Source of the DNA: Cyanophora paradoxa CCMP329
Taxonomy: Eukaryota; Plantae; Glaucophyta
Direction of reading: 5' to 3'
Assembly: GCA_004431415.1 (NCBI GenBank)
Contig: QPMI01000143.1
Location: forward strand, 62,001-126,000
DNA: 64,000 nt
The position numbers and the translations under genes are program-made. Under the pieces are notes generated by a model. It was not told the origin of the DNA. It saw only the letters and a program-made list of their open reading frames with translations, and made no database searches. This document shows positions 24,331 to 35,700 of the stretch, in pieces; positions within the stretch are counted from its first letter, which is position 1, and each line of letters opens with the position of its first letter.

Positions 24331-25867
24331 TCACGACATTTACCCCCGTCCCCGTCGCTCAGCTGCTGGAAGCCCACGCCCTAAGCGTCGGCTTCGCACT
24401 GCAGTGCAGCCTGTAATTTGATCGGGTGCGCCCAGACCCCCCTTAAGCTTCTTCAGCCCTAGGCCTGTACCCCCGCCGCTTTCGAGCGAATTCGAATGAT
24501 ACCCCCGCGACGCGGCTTTGAACCCGCCGGCCGAGTCCCGCGATAGTTAGTTCGAAGTCAGCGTGTGCTACCGTTCCCTGTGTCTTCCCTCTGGACCTCC
24601 TCTGCCTCGCTGCCTCTCCAGATCGATAACAGTTTGACGTTAACGGATCTAGATCCCGGCCCGGATCATCGGATCAACTCTCAGTCTCGCGCGCCCGGTT
24701 CTCGGCTCACCTCCCCTTCCTCCCGCCAGGTCTCCCACCGGACCCCGCGATGAAGCGGCCCGGTACTAGTGGCCCCGGTGTGCACGAGAATGTGGACGTC
24801 AGATGCATATGGCTCCGCGGGGGCCGCAGTGCAGCTTTTCCTTTTTCCTTTTTCCTTTTTGTCTCCCCTCCAGCTTTTTGGTCCCGCATTTCGGCTCGAC
24901 AACCGGCTCTCCGAGGCAGCTCTGGATCTCCTGGACCAGCCACAGCTCGCGGAGTCAGGCCTTGGGGCCCGCCCCTTCTTGGGGGCGGACCCCGCCCCTA
25001 CCGTTCCACTTTCAAGTCTAATTAATAGTTTGATCATCGGATTCGACTTCAGTGACTAGTAGATTTGCTTTAATCCATCGCATCATGGCATCCACAGTGC
25101 GCATGTGCGTGCGCGCACAGCGCCGCGGCGCTCTAGCTCGTGCTTCTTTTCCCTTCATATGCATTCGAATTTTCGAATTCAGCTGCAGATTCGATTCACT
25201 GATTTCCTTCCGGCCCCTTCGTTTCGCGGCCTACAGCTAGCAGCTTGAGACTCATGTGCACGTGTCAGTTTCGAAGTTCAGCTGCAGCTGCGCGTGCGGT
25301 GTATATAGCTAGTTCGAATTCCAAAATGGCATTAATTGTATAATTAGTACTCGTGTACGTACGTGTACGTTTGCGTTTGCAGATCTAGAGATCGCCGAGA
25401 CGATCAATACTGTACTGTACGTGTGCTCGCGATCGTGTGTAATTCTTTGATTTCAGCTTCGCAGTCATGTTCGAGTGCGCGCGCCATCTGCCCCCTGCTC
25501 CCCGGATCTTGACCTGCAAGGCAGCGCGGCACTCTCGAGCTCGCACGTTTTGAAAGCAGATCGCTGAATTTGAAACGTACAAGCGACTCTCACGCTGTAC
25601 AGACAATGAACTAAGGAATTCGATGAAAAGAAGAGAACTGCCTTGAAGCTGGTGGAACACACGCTGTACATAGAATGCTAAAACACTGAGACTGCAGATT
25701 TTCGTGAAGAGGCGAAATTAGGAAACTCGTGGCACCCGCATACTCATCTGGAAGGGCGGCCATGCTGGGGAACCCTTCGGGGAGGACTACGCTATCGTTC
25801 TACGGAAAGGACGCGCGCGCGTCGACTAGAGCACACTCTCCTCCTCCTCGAGCGAGCGGGCTTCACT

Positions 25868-26624
25868 TCAAGCCTTGAGGCGGCGCTCGAGCTCGTCGAT
25901 CTGGCCGAGGATCTCCTTGGGCATCTTGGGCTCGAACTCCTTGAAGTAGGCGCGGAGCTCGTCAATGTTCTCCTGCCACTCGTCCGGCCGCACCGCGAAG
26001 AGCTCCGCCATCGTCGCGTCGGTGACCTCCAGGCCCTCCACGTTGATGTCCGAGGGCTTGGGGTGCAGCCCGATCGCGCTCTCGACGTAGTCGGCCTTGC
26101 CGTTGCAGCGGTCGAAGACCCACGCCATCACGCGCGCGTTGTCCGCGTAGCCGGGCCACAGCCACTCGCCCGCCTCGTTCTTGCGGAACCAGTTGACGGT
26201 GAAGAACTTGGGGAGCTTGGAGGGGTCCTGGGCGGCGGCGCCGAACTCGAGCCAGTGCTTGAAGTAGTCGCCCATGTGGTAGCCGCAGAAGGGCAGCATG
26301 GCGAAGGGGTCGTGGCGCAGCTGGCCGGCCCCGCCGGTGGCCGCGGCGGTCATCTCGGACGAGATGGAGGCGCCCATGTAGACGCCGTGCTTCCAGTTGA
26401 AGGCCTCCGTGATGAGCGGCACGACGCGCGCGCGGCGCCCGCCGAAGAAGACCGCCTCGATCGGCACGCCGGCCGGGTCGTCCCACGCCTCGCGGTCGAA
26501 CACGGGGCACTGCGTCGCCGGCGCGGTGAAGCGGGCGTTCGGGTGCGCCGCCTTCTCGCCGCTCTCGGGCGTCCAGTCGTTGCCGCGCCAGTCGATGAGG
26601 TGCTTCGGCTTCTCGTCGGTGAGG

Positions 26625-26656
<32 letters not shown>

Positions 26657-28678
26657 CGCCACGTTCGTGAAGATGGCGTTGCGGTCGATCGCGCGCATCG
26701 CGTTGTAGTTCGACTTGTCCGACGTGCCCGGCGCCACGCCAAAGAACCCGCACTCGGGGTTGATCGCTGCGCGGCAAGCCGGAGGTCAGCGGTGGAGGAG
26801 AAAGGAAGGGAAGGGACGGGGCCGGGCGCGGCGCACCGCGGAGGGTGCCGTCGGGGCCATACTTGAGCCAGGCGATGTCGTCGCCGACGCACTCGAACTT
26901 CCAGCCCTTGAGCTCCGGCGGGGGCTCGAGCATGGCGAGGTTCGTCTTGCCGCACGCCGACGGGAAGGCGGCGGCCATATACTTCTTCTCGCCCTGCGCC
27001 GCCGCGTCAGCCGCCGCCGGGCGCGCGCGCAGAGGTGGCGGGCGGAGCGGGGCGCGCCTGCGGGTTGGTCACGCTGAGGATGAGCATGTGCTCCGCGAGC
27101 CAGCCGTTCTTGCGGCCCATGTTGCTCGCGATGCGGAGCGCGCTGCGCGAGAGGAAGGCTGTGTCAGCGGAAAGCGGGCGATGAAAAGAAAGGAAGGAAG
27201 AACGAGCGCACAAGCACTTCTTGCCGAGAAGGGCGTTGCCGCCGTAGCCGGAGCCATACGACCAGATAGTGGTCTCCTCGGGGAAGTGCGTGATGTACTT
27301 GTTGTCGTTGTCGCACGGCCAGGGGACGTCCTTCTGGCCCGGCGCGAGCGGGTAGCCGACCGAGTGCAGGCACCTGCGCGCGAGGAAGGGATAAGAAAAG
27401 GAAGAGAGAAATGCGTGCGAATGGCAATTGGGCGCACTTGACGAACTCGCCGTTGCCGAGGGTCTCAACGACATCGTAGCCCATGCGCGTCATGATCTTC
27501 ATGTTCGCCACGACGTACGGTGAGTCCGAGAGCTGCGCAAAACGGGCGTCAGAGGAAAGAAGCGCGGAGAGAAGAAGAACATGCAGCCACCTCCACGCCG
27601 ATGTGCGAGATGTCGCTGCCGAGGGGGCCCATGCTGAACGGGATGACATACATGGTCCGGCCGCGCATGCAGCCAGTGTACAGCTTCGTGAGCTTAGCCT
27701 TCATCTCCTGCGCGCGGCAAGGCATAAGCGCGGCATGGGAAAGGCAGAGGACGAGCCCGCACCGTCGGATCACACCAGTTGTTGGTCGGGCCGGCGTCTT
27801 CCGGGCGCTTCGAGCAGATAAAAGTGTTCTGCTCCACACGTGCGACATCGCCGGGGTCCGAGCGGGCGTAGAACGAGCCCGGGCGCTGAGGGCAGATGTA
27901 CGTCAGGGATCCCGCCGAGCAGGCCGCCAGCGAGGAGCAGCCACGCGCGCAGCGTCACACACCTTGGGGACGGCAGTGAATGTGCCGCCCTTCACCAGCT
28001 GCGAAAGGGGACAAGTAAGTTTTTGAACCGACGAGATCGCGCGGCGAGCTCTAGGCGAGCCCTCCGGGGCGGGACGTGCTTCTAATGCGCATCTACATGC
28101 ACGTAGCTTCACGCAAAAATGCACAAGGCTGCCGCTCACCTCGTTGCACATGAACTCGTACTCGGACTGGGAGCCATCGCAGAGATAGACGCGGTCGGGC
28201 TGCGTCATGGCAGCAGTCTCCAGGATGAACTCCACCAGCTTCTCATTCTTGGTCCACGCCTGCCAAAGCAACCGGGCGTCACGGCGAGAAGGCGAGGACG
28301 GCTTCGCAAGCTGCAACCAACGCACCCGGACGTACTGCTCCAGCGCGGTGGGGGCCGACACCTTGAACTCAACATCGACAGAGCGCTGCCGAAGGGACAA
28401 CCGTCAGGCCGGGGAACAGGCGGGGGCCCGCCCGAACGACCACGCACGCGGGTCTTCCGGGCAACGTCGACATCAGAGGCCTCGCTGCGGACGCTGAACC
28501 TTGTCCTTGCAGAGTAGCTGAACTGAGTCTTGTGCTGGAGGCCAAACTTGGCGCGACCGCCAAAGAATTCGCTCCGCCCAACGGCGGCCGGCCGGTGGAG
28601 GGCGGCGAGCTGGGATGTGACGCTCAGGGAAGCGGCCACCCGGGCCGCTGTGGGCACTGGCGTAATGAACGACGCCAT
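25868..28678 (-). CDS. pckG: Phosphoenolpyruvate carboxykinase (GTP-dependent) with N-terminal plastid transit peptide; 10 exons
   Basis: Spliced product has [73 protein letters not shown] (P-loop), [48 protein letters not shown]-terminus MASFITPV...SEFFGG...RFSVRSEA is Ser/Ala/Arg-rich and acid-poor. Confidence 0.97.
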
Positions 28679-29190
28679 AATTCTGGAGATAAGGGAATGG
28701 CGGCGCAGGTTGAGCAGAGCCAACTTGCCGCTTTCTGAAGAGGGGTACGAGAGACGGTGAAAAAAGATGAGTCAGCGTCCACGCTTACCGCCTCTTTTTG
28801 AAACAGGCGCTTTCCACGTCCTCGCCCGTCCTCGCTCGCGGGCTCCCTTCTGCGCTGAGTCCAGTGCCGGGCGCGCCGCGTCCCAGCCCGCTTGCCCCGC
28901 CGGCCAGCCCCGCGGCCCTTCGCGGCGGGCCGTACCCGCCGCGGCCCGCGGCAGCTGTGCAGAGCGATCCGATGATCGCAAAACTTCTGAATTCATGTTA
29001 TGATTAAATGTAAAGCTACAGAGCATTTCTCCGGACATTTACAGTAGCTATCAAGACCGTCGGACGCCTGCTAGCTGGCATTCGAATAAAGACTCTGAAA
29101 AGACGGGAACATGAAAGGGAATTCGAGGCAGCTTGTGACGGATAGCCGAGGGCCCGGGGCGGGGCCCCCCGGGGGGCGAAGGGAAGGTCC

Positions 29191-32028
29191 TCAGGGGCGG
29201 GGGCGGGACGGGGGCGGGACGGGTACGACGAGAGAGCGACCGAGGTCCATGCGGCGGGGCTCGACCTCGGGGTTGGCGCGCGAGATGCGGGGCCAGCTGG
29301 GGGCGTCCCCGTAGAGCTCCCCAGCGAGGTCCCACATCGTCTACCGGTACCCCGCCGCGTCAGCCGCGGGGGGGGCGCCCTCGCCACGCGCCGCTGGCCG
29401 CACCATGCCCCGCCGGACGCGCACCGCCGCCGGGCCCGTCGCCGGCGTCGGAGGGGCACGCCCGCCGGCACGGGCCCCGCCGGCCGCCCGCGTCCCCCGC
29501 GGCAGCGGAAGGAGGAGGGGAAGCCGGGCGCGGGGAGGGGAGGGGGCGGGGGCGGGGGCGGGGCGGCTGGCCCTGTCTGCGGACTCGGCGACGGGGCCGG
29601 CGGGCGCGGTGAGGCGGGCCGCGGCTGGACGGAGCGCCGGCCGCCGGCTGGGCGGCCGGCGAGGCCGGTCTGAGAGAGGCCGGCCGCGGGCTCGCCGGGG
29701 GGAAGGCGGCCCGCGGCGGACGGGGAGGCCGGCCGCGGGGCGGCCGCCGCTTCGCTGGACTCGGGCGCCGGCTTCGGGGCGGGGAGGCGGGCCGGGGCGA
29801 GGCGGGGCGCGGGGAGGCGGGCGGGAGAGGGGCGGGGAGCGGCTGCCGGGCGGAGGCGGCGGGCGATGGCGGAGCCGGCCCCGATGGAGAGGGTGAAGAC
29901 GAGGCCCACAGAGGCCGCGACGAGGGCGGCGCGGACCATCGCCGACCGCAGGAGCCGGCCCGCGGCCGCCTGGCGCCGGGTGAGCGCCGGCGGGCGGGCG
30001 GCGAGGGCAGGCGGCCCGGCGGGCACGCACGGCGAGCGAGACGACGATGTCCCTCAGGGCGGCCGGGGTACCGAGCTCCCAGCGGGCAGGGCCAGTCTTT
30101 GGGGGACAGGGACCGCGATCGGGGCGAGGCCGAACGGCGGGGCGAGGCCGAACGGCGGGGCGGGGCCGGGGCTGCCGGCGGGCGCGGGCGGCGGGGCGGG
30201 CGCGGGGCTCGGGGTCCGGCCCAGCGCCCTTTGGACGGGCGCCGACGGGCTGCCGGGGGCGACGGGGCGAGGCGGCGACCGAAGGGCGCGGCGCGGGCTC
30301 GACCACGAGAGGCGGGCCGCGGGGCCCGAGCAGGATCTGCCCGGCGGGCGGGGCGGGGCGGGCGGGCGGGGCGTCGCCGGCCCGGCGCGACGAGGGGGGC
30401 GGGGGCGCGAAGGGGAGCGCGAGGGCGAGCGGGAGGGGGAGGAGCGGGGGGTACGTGGCTGCGGGCGCTGGTGGGGAAAACGAGGGCACCCAGAGTCCTT
30501 CGGATCGATGGGGGTAGAGGGCTCGGGCTCGGGCTCGGGCGGGGACGCTGGCTCGGGCTCCGGCTCCGGCTCAGGTGAGGGCGCGGGAGGGGCGAGGGGC
30601 TCGGCGTGGGGACGGGAGGGGCGGTGGGGCGGCGGGGCGGGGGTGGCGGGGGCGGCGGGGCGGAGAGGGCTTAGGAGGAGGGCGGGGTAGGGGAGGGGAG
30701 GCGTCGGGGACGGGGAGGGGACGGGGGCCGCGGAGGCGGCGGCGCCGGCGGGGCCAGAAGAGGGCGTGGAGCGATCCCGGGGCGGGGCGGGCGCGGCGGG
30801 GAGGGCACGGAGGCGCTGCGGCGGCCGAGGAAGCGGTTAAGGTCGAAGGCGGCGGGGGGCCGGCCGACGAGGCCCAGCGGGCTCGGAGGGCGCTCCGGAG
30901 AGGCCCGGGGGGCCACGTGAGGCTCCCGCGGCGACGGCGGCGGCGGCGAGCCGACGAAGCGCGCGGCGGCGTCCGCCGAAGTCCGCGGGGGACGCGCCGC
31001 CGGCCGCTGCGGCTGCGGCGCGCGGCCGCGGGGGGCGCCGGCGACGCCGCGGGGGGCGGGGTGCGGGAGCGGGGGCGGGCGCTGCCTCGGGCCCCTGCGG
31101 CCGCGGCGCTCCGTTGCTACGGGGCAGCGGCCCGTCCGAGGCGAAGCCGCGCGCCTTCGGAGATGCCGACCGGGCCCGAGGCGGCGGCGGCCGCGGCGCG
31201 GGCCCCGACGGCGCTGACGCCTGGCGGGGCGCCCCGAGGATGGTTGGCGGGCCGGCAGGGGGCGCTTGGGAGGGCCGCGGCGGCTGCGCGGGCAGCGGCG
31301 GCGGAGGCGGCGGCGCGGGCCTCGAGGGCGGCTGCGAGCCCGCGCCGGCGAGCCACGGCCAGGTCCTGGGCCACGGCTGCGGGGCGCGTGAGCCGAGCGG
31401 CGCCGACACGGCCCAGATAGCGGAGCAGGCGAGCCGACCTGCTCTCCCTTCTCCTCGTCCTGCTCCGGGCCGGAGCGCATCCGCCGGCTCGGCTTGGCGG
31501 TTCGCGGCTGGCCCATCTCGGCGATCATCGACGTCACCAGCAGCGAGAGAGGCGCCAGCTCCGGATCCTGCGAGGCGAGCGCGGCGCGTGGGCTTCACTC
31601 GGCGTCCGCGGCGGCGGCGGAGCGCTGACCCGCGCGAGGGCGTTCAAAGTTGCGAAGAGGTCCTCGACGTGGAAGTCGAGGGAGGGCAGCTCGGGCGAGT
31701 GGGCGGCGCCATCTCGGTCATCTCGTCCGCGCGCCCGCGCGTCGCCGCGGCCGTCGGGTCCCGCCGACGCCACTATGACCGGCGAGATGGGCGCCGCGTT
31801 CGAAGGCGCGGCCAGGCGCCGGACGAGGAACTGCCTCTTGAACAGGGCGATGCTGTCACCAAGGTGAGCGCCGCAGAATCGCACGCGGCGGGCGGCGGCT
31901 GCCCGTCCAATCAAGCTGATCGCACGCGCGGCCTCCCCGCGGACGCTGAGCAACGACGATTCCGGTCGATGAAATGGGAGAGACGACGCGGAGCCGGGGA
32001 TGGCGCCCAGCGCGAAGGCGGCCGCCAT
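29191..32028 (-). CDS. Plastid-targeted single-pass membrane protein with C-terminal LysM domain
   Basis: Exon 1 MAAAFALGAIPGSASS...RRVRFCGA...SPVIVASA resembles a glaucophyte transit peptide; long Pro-rich region; TM AMVRAALVAASVGLVFTLSIGAGSAIARR; last exons splice to VRVRRGM/TMWDLAGELYGDAPSWPRISRANPEVEPRRMDLGRSLVVP (LysM consensus V..GDTLW.IA...YG....W..I..AN......L..G..L.IP); stop 29191-29193. Frame is ambiguous in the Pro-rich GC runs. Confidence 0.75.
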
Positions 32029-32263
32029 CGCGACTTTGCCGCCACCTTGAGCTTCGAAGTCTCTCTACCGTACCCCGCTCCCCTCCTCCCCCCCCCCAGT
32101 TGCAGATCGCTCTCGAACTGCGCGCATGCGCGCCCCTGCAGCTGCACTATCGACATCTGTCTGGTGCCGATTCCTAGAGGGCTATCTCCCTGCTACGCCT
32201 GGCTACATGTACAAGCGAATTCGAAAAAGAGCTCGGCTAGCGCTCAGAAACGGTCGCTGCTAG

Positions 32264-32681
32264 CTAGTACTGGTTGAAGTACGTCGGGTCGTGGTAGGCA
32301 GGGACGTAGGAGGCGCGGCTCCAGACGAGCATCATGTCCGTGCGGTCCTCCTTCCGCCGCCGGCCCTTGGGCGACCCGCCGCCGCCCTCCGTGCCGCCGG
32401 CCCCGGCCGCCGCCTGCGTCTTGGCCTTCGAGCCCTTGGCCTGGGGCAGCGCGTAGGGCGAGACCGAAGGCTTGGTCCGCGGCGGCTCCGGCGGGGGCGA
32501 AGGGGCCGGGCGGGCCGGCGGCGGGATCCGCTTCTGGTGGCGCACCTCCGGCGCAGGCGCCAAAGCCTTCTTGCCGGGCCGCCTCCCCCCCTCCTCGGAC
32601 CCTTCGTCCAGCAGCGCCCGGGTCTCCGGTATCGGCGCGATCGATGGCGCGCTCGCCGTACCCCGCCCGCCGGCCCCGAGC

Positions 32682-32717
<36 letters not shown>

Positions 32718-35700
32718 TGGCGCGGGCCCGGCTGCGGCAGGCTCGGCTCGCTCTGCGCCCGCCCGAGCCCGTGGCCGGCGCCGGGGCCGGGGCCGGGGAC
32801 CGGCGAGGCCGAGCGCCCCTCGCCCTCGGACTCGAAGGACTCCTCCGCGTACCCCTCCTCGCCGCTCGCGGAGGCGCCGCCGGGCCCGGGGGAGGCCGGG
32901 GCCGAGCCCCGCCCCCGGCCCCGGCCCCGCCCCCGCTCCTCATGCTCCTCCGGCTCTTCCGGCTCCTCTGCCGCCCCCTCCTCCTCCTCCAGCCGGCCCA
33001 GAGGCGGCTCGGGCCCCGGCGACGTGGACGGCGCAGCCGCCTCCCGCGGCGGCCGCGGCTCCAGCGACACGTCCGCGGCGGAGAAGCGGTGGGGGTACAG
33101 CTCCTTCGCCAGCCGCTTCCTCGCATCCCGCTGCGGCGGAATAAACAAGCAAACGTGAGCCGGGGGGCGAGCCAGCAGATAAGGGCGCGAAGGGAGCGCA
33201 CCTTCTCCTTGAGGAAGGCGCGCTTCTTCTCCTCCCACTCGCGCTGGCGCTCGGCGCGCCGCCGCTCGTCCCGCGAGAGCATGGAGGGCGGCCGGAAGGG
33301 CGCAGCCGAGCCCGAGGCGGAGCCCGAGCCCGAGCCGACGGAGGGGGCGCTCTGGCTCCGCCGCATGGAGCCCGGGGCGGAGGAGGAGCCGCCGGGCGGC
33401 CCCGGCGGGGGCAGGAGCCGCCCCGGGGCCTCCCCCAGGTCCTCCCCCTCCTCCGACTCCCCGCCCGACTCCTCGCCGCCCTCGGGGCCGGACTCCTTGA
33501 GGGGCGGCATGCGCCGGCGGCTGAAGTTCTCCGAGGGCGTCTCGAGGCCGGCCTGGGTGATCGCCTGCGCGGTCCAGAGCTTGTCGGGGGGCGGCCGCAG
33601 CCCCTCGAAGCGCCGCTCCATCGCCACCCGCCGCGCCTCGTCGATCGCCGTGTACACCCGGTAGCAGTTCCTGCACACCTTGACCTGCGCCCCAGATCGG
33701 ATCAGATCGGATGATCCGATATGATCGGATTTCATCTGATCTGATCTGACCTCGGAGTAGTACATGGCGGGCTTGATCTGCTCCCAGCCGGGCAGGCTCG
33801 TGTAGCAAGCCTCGAGGGGGGGTACGTCGGGCGTCTCGGGGACGACCCGCACGGGGGGGAAGAGCGTCAGCCGCTTCTTCCTCCGCTCCGCCAGCGCGCC
33901 CAGCATCGCCGAGATCGCTGCGGGGCGGCGGCGCGTCAGGGGGTACGGGGTCGGACAGGTCGCGGGGTACAGCGAAAAGCGCGGCGCGCCCTCCTCGTCC
34001 TCGGGGGTGACGAAGGTGCGGTCGGATAGGATGGCCTTGCGGGTGCGGTGCCGGTTGGGGATGGGGCGAACGGTCTCCTGCACGGAGCCGACGACCTTGC
34101 GCTCGCCGGCCCGCCGGCCCGCCGCCGCCGCCTCCTCCGCCTCCTCCTCGTCCTGGTAGTACGCCCTGCCGGACGGCGCTAAGCGCGAGCCGCGAGGCGA
34201 GGAGGGCGAGGGCGGGGCGGGGTAGGGGCGCACGCGGCCGGCTCCTCGCCGTCGTCGGTGGGGGAGGCGAAGCCCGGGCGGGCCCCAGGGTCCAGGATCC
34301 GCCGCACCTGCCCGCCCCGCCCGCGTTAATCCAGCAGGGGCACATCGAAGTGAGCGGGAGAGCGGCGCCCGGGCGGGCGGGCGGACCTTGACCTCCTCGG
34401 CGCGGAGGCGGGCGACCCTGCGGCGGGCGGCGGTGTGGAGCTGGCGCCGCCGGCTCCGCTCCATCCGGTCCAGCACGACGCTCTTGTACAGCACCTGCGC
34501 GCCGGCAGGGCGGCCGGATCAGATCGGATCGCTACAGGGCGGACGGATGAGAGAGAAGGGGAGTGCCTTGTAGTAGCCGGCGTCCTCGTCCTTGCGCTCG
34601 ACGACGGCGCGCTTGATGTTCTCGATGAGCATCAGCAGCTCGTGGTTGGCGACGACGTCCCGCCGCGCCGCCCCCGCCTGCACCGTCTCCACCACCTGCC
34701 CGGGCGCGACGCCGTCAGCCGCGGCCGGCTCTCGCGAGCCTCGCGCCTCGCTCGCTCGCCTGGAGGACGCGGGACTTGCGGAGGCCCTCCTGCTCGGCCT
34801 GCATGTCCACGTCGCAGTAGTCGCCCCGGCAGAAGTTCCGCTGCTCCCGCACCACGGGCGCCGCCCGGCCCCGCAGGATCTCCGAGAGCGGCGCGCCCGG
34901 CCCCGGCGTCCGCATCCGGAACGCCTTCACCTGGATGAACCACCAGTCGCCCCGCTTGTCTGCGGAGAGAGAGAAGGAACCCGATCGATCAGGGGCGACC
35001 TAAGAATGAGAGTGGGAGGCGGCGGGCGGGCCCTTGATCCAGTCGGCGACGAGCTCGTCGAATGGTACGCTGAAGACGGTCTGCTCCATGTGGTGCCGCA
35101 GCGCCCCCGTCAGCTCCTGCAGCTCCGCGTTCGCCTTGCCTGCGGCGGGATGAGACGCGCGAGCGAGCGAGCGAGGGGGCGGGGCGGGGCGGGGCCGGGC
35201 TGAGGCGCGCCGGCGACGGGGATCATGGCGCAGCCGTCGAAGCGCTCGGCGTCGGTGCAGTAGCGGCGGCGCGGGTCCGCCTCGGCGCTCTCCTCGCAGA
35301 GCTCCCGCCCCGAGATCATCCAGGTGAACGACTTGCCGGCCCCGGCGCGCCGGTGCACGCAGCGGGCGACGAAGGGCTTGCCCCCGTTGCTCCAGACGAA
35401 CTTCTGCAGGACCCAGGCCTCCAGCGACGAGACGCTCTCCGAAAAGGCCTTGAGGCCGTTGTAGTCCAGCACCGCCAGCTCGTTCCTCGTGTAGCGCTCC
35501 GAGGCCGGCTTCGCCATCTTCTTCAGCACGGCGACGGGGTACCCCTCCGGCGGCTCCTCCCCCGCGCGGGGCTTGAAGATCCGGTCGGCGATGCCGCGCT
35601 CGTCGATGTGGTCGACGCGGCGGACGCAGCCGTCGGCGCGGGGGGTGTAGAAGAGGGACTGGATGGGCGCCCCCACGTCGTCCGGGTCCGACGAGAGGCC

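Noticed and set aside
24500-24580. tRNA-like sequence on minus strand (ggtagcac...ctgacttcgaa...gggttcaaagccgc)
   Set aside because: Anticodon and acceptor stems do not pair; at most a decayed tRNA/SINE relic.
24760-24780. ccactagt motifs here (minus strand) and near 60383 as extra Helitron 3' ends
   Set aside because: No matching subterminal IR or convincing hairpin upstream.
26768-28450. Introner-type repeated introns
   Set aside because: Introns share only splice signals and low-complexity tracts, with no extended mutual similarity outside the segmental duplication.
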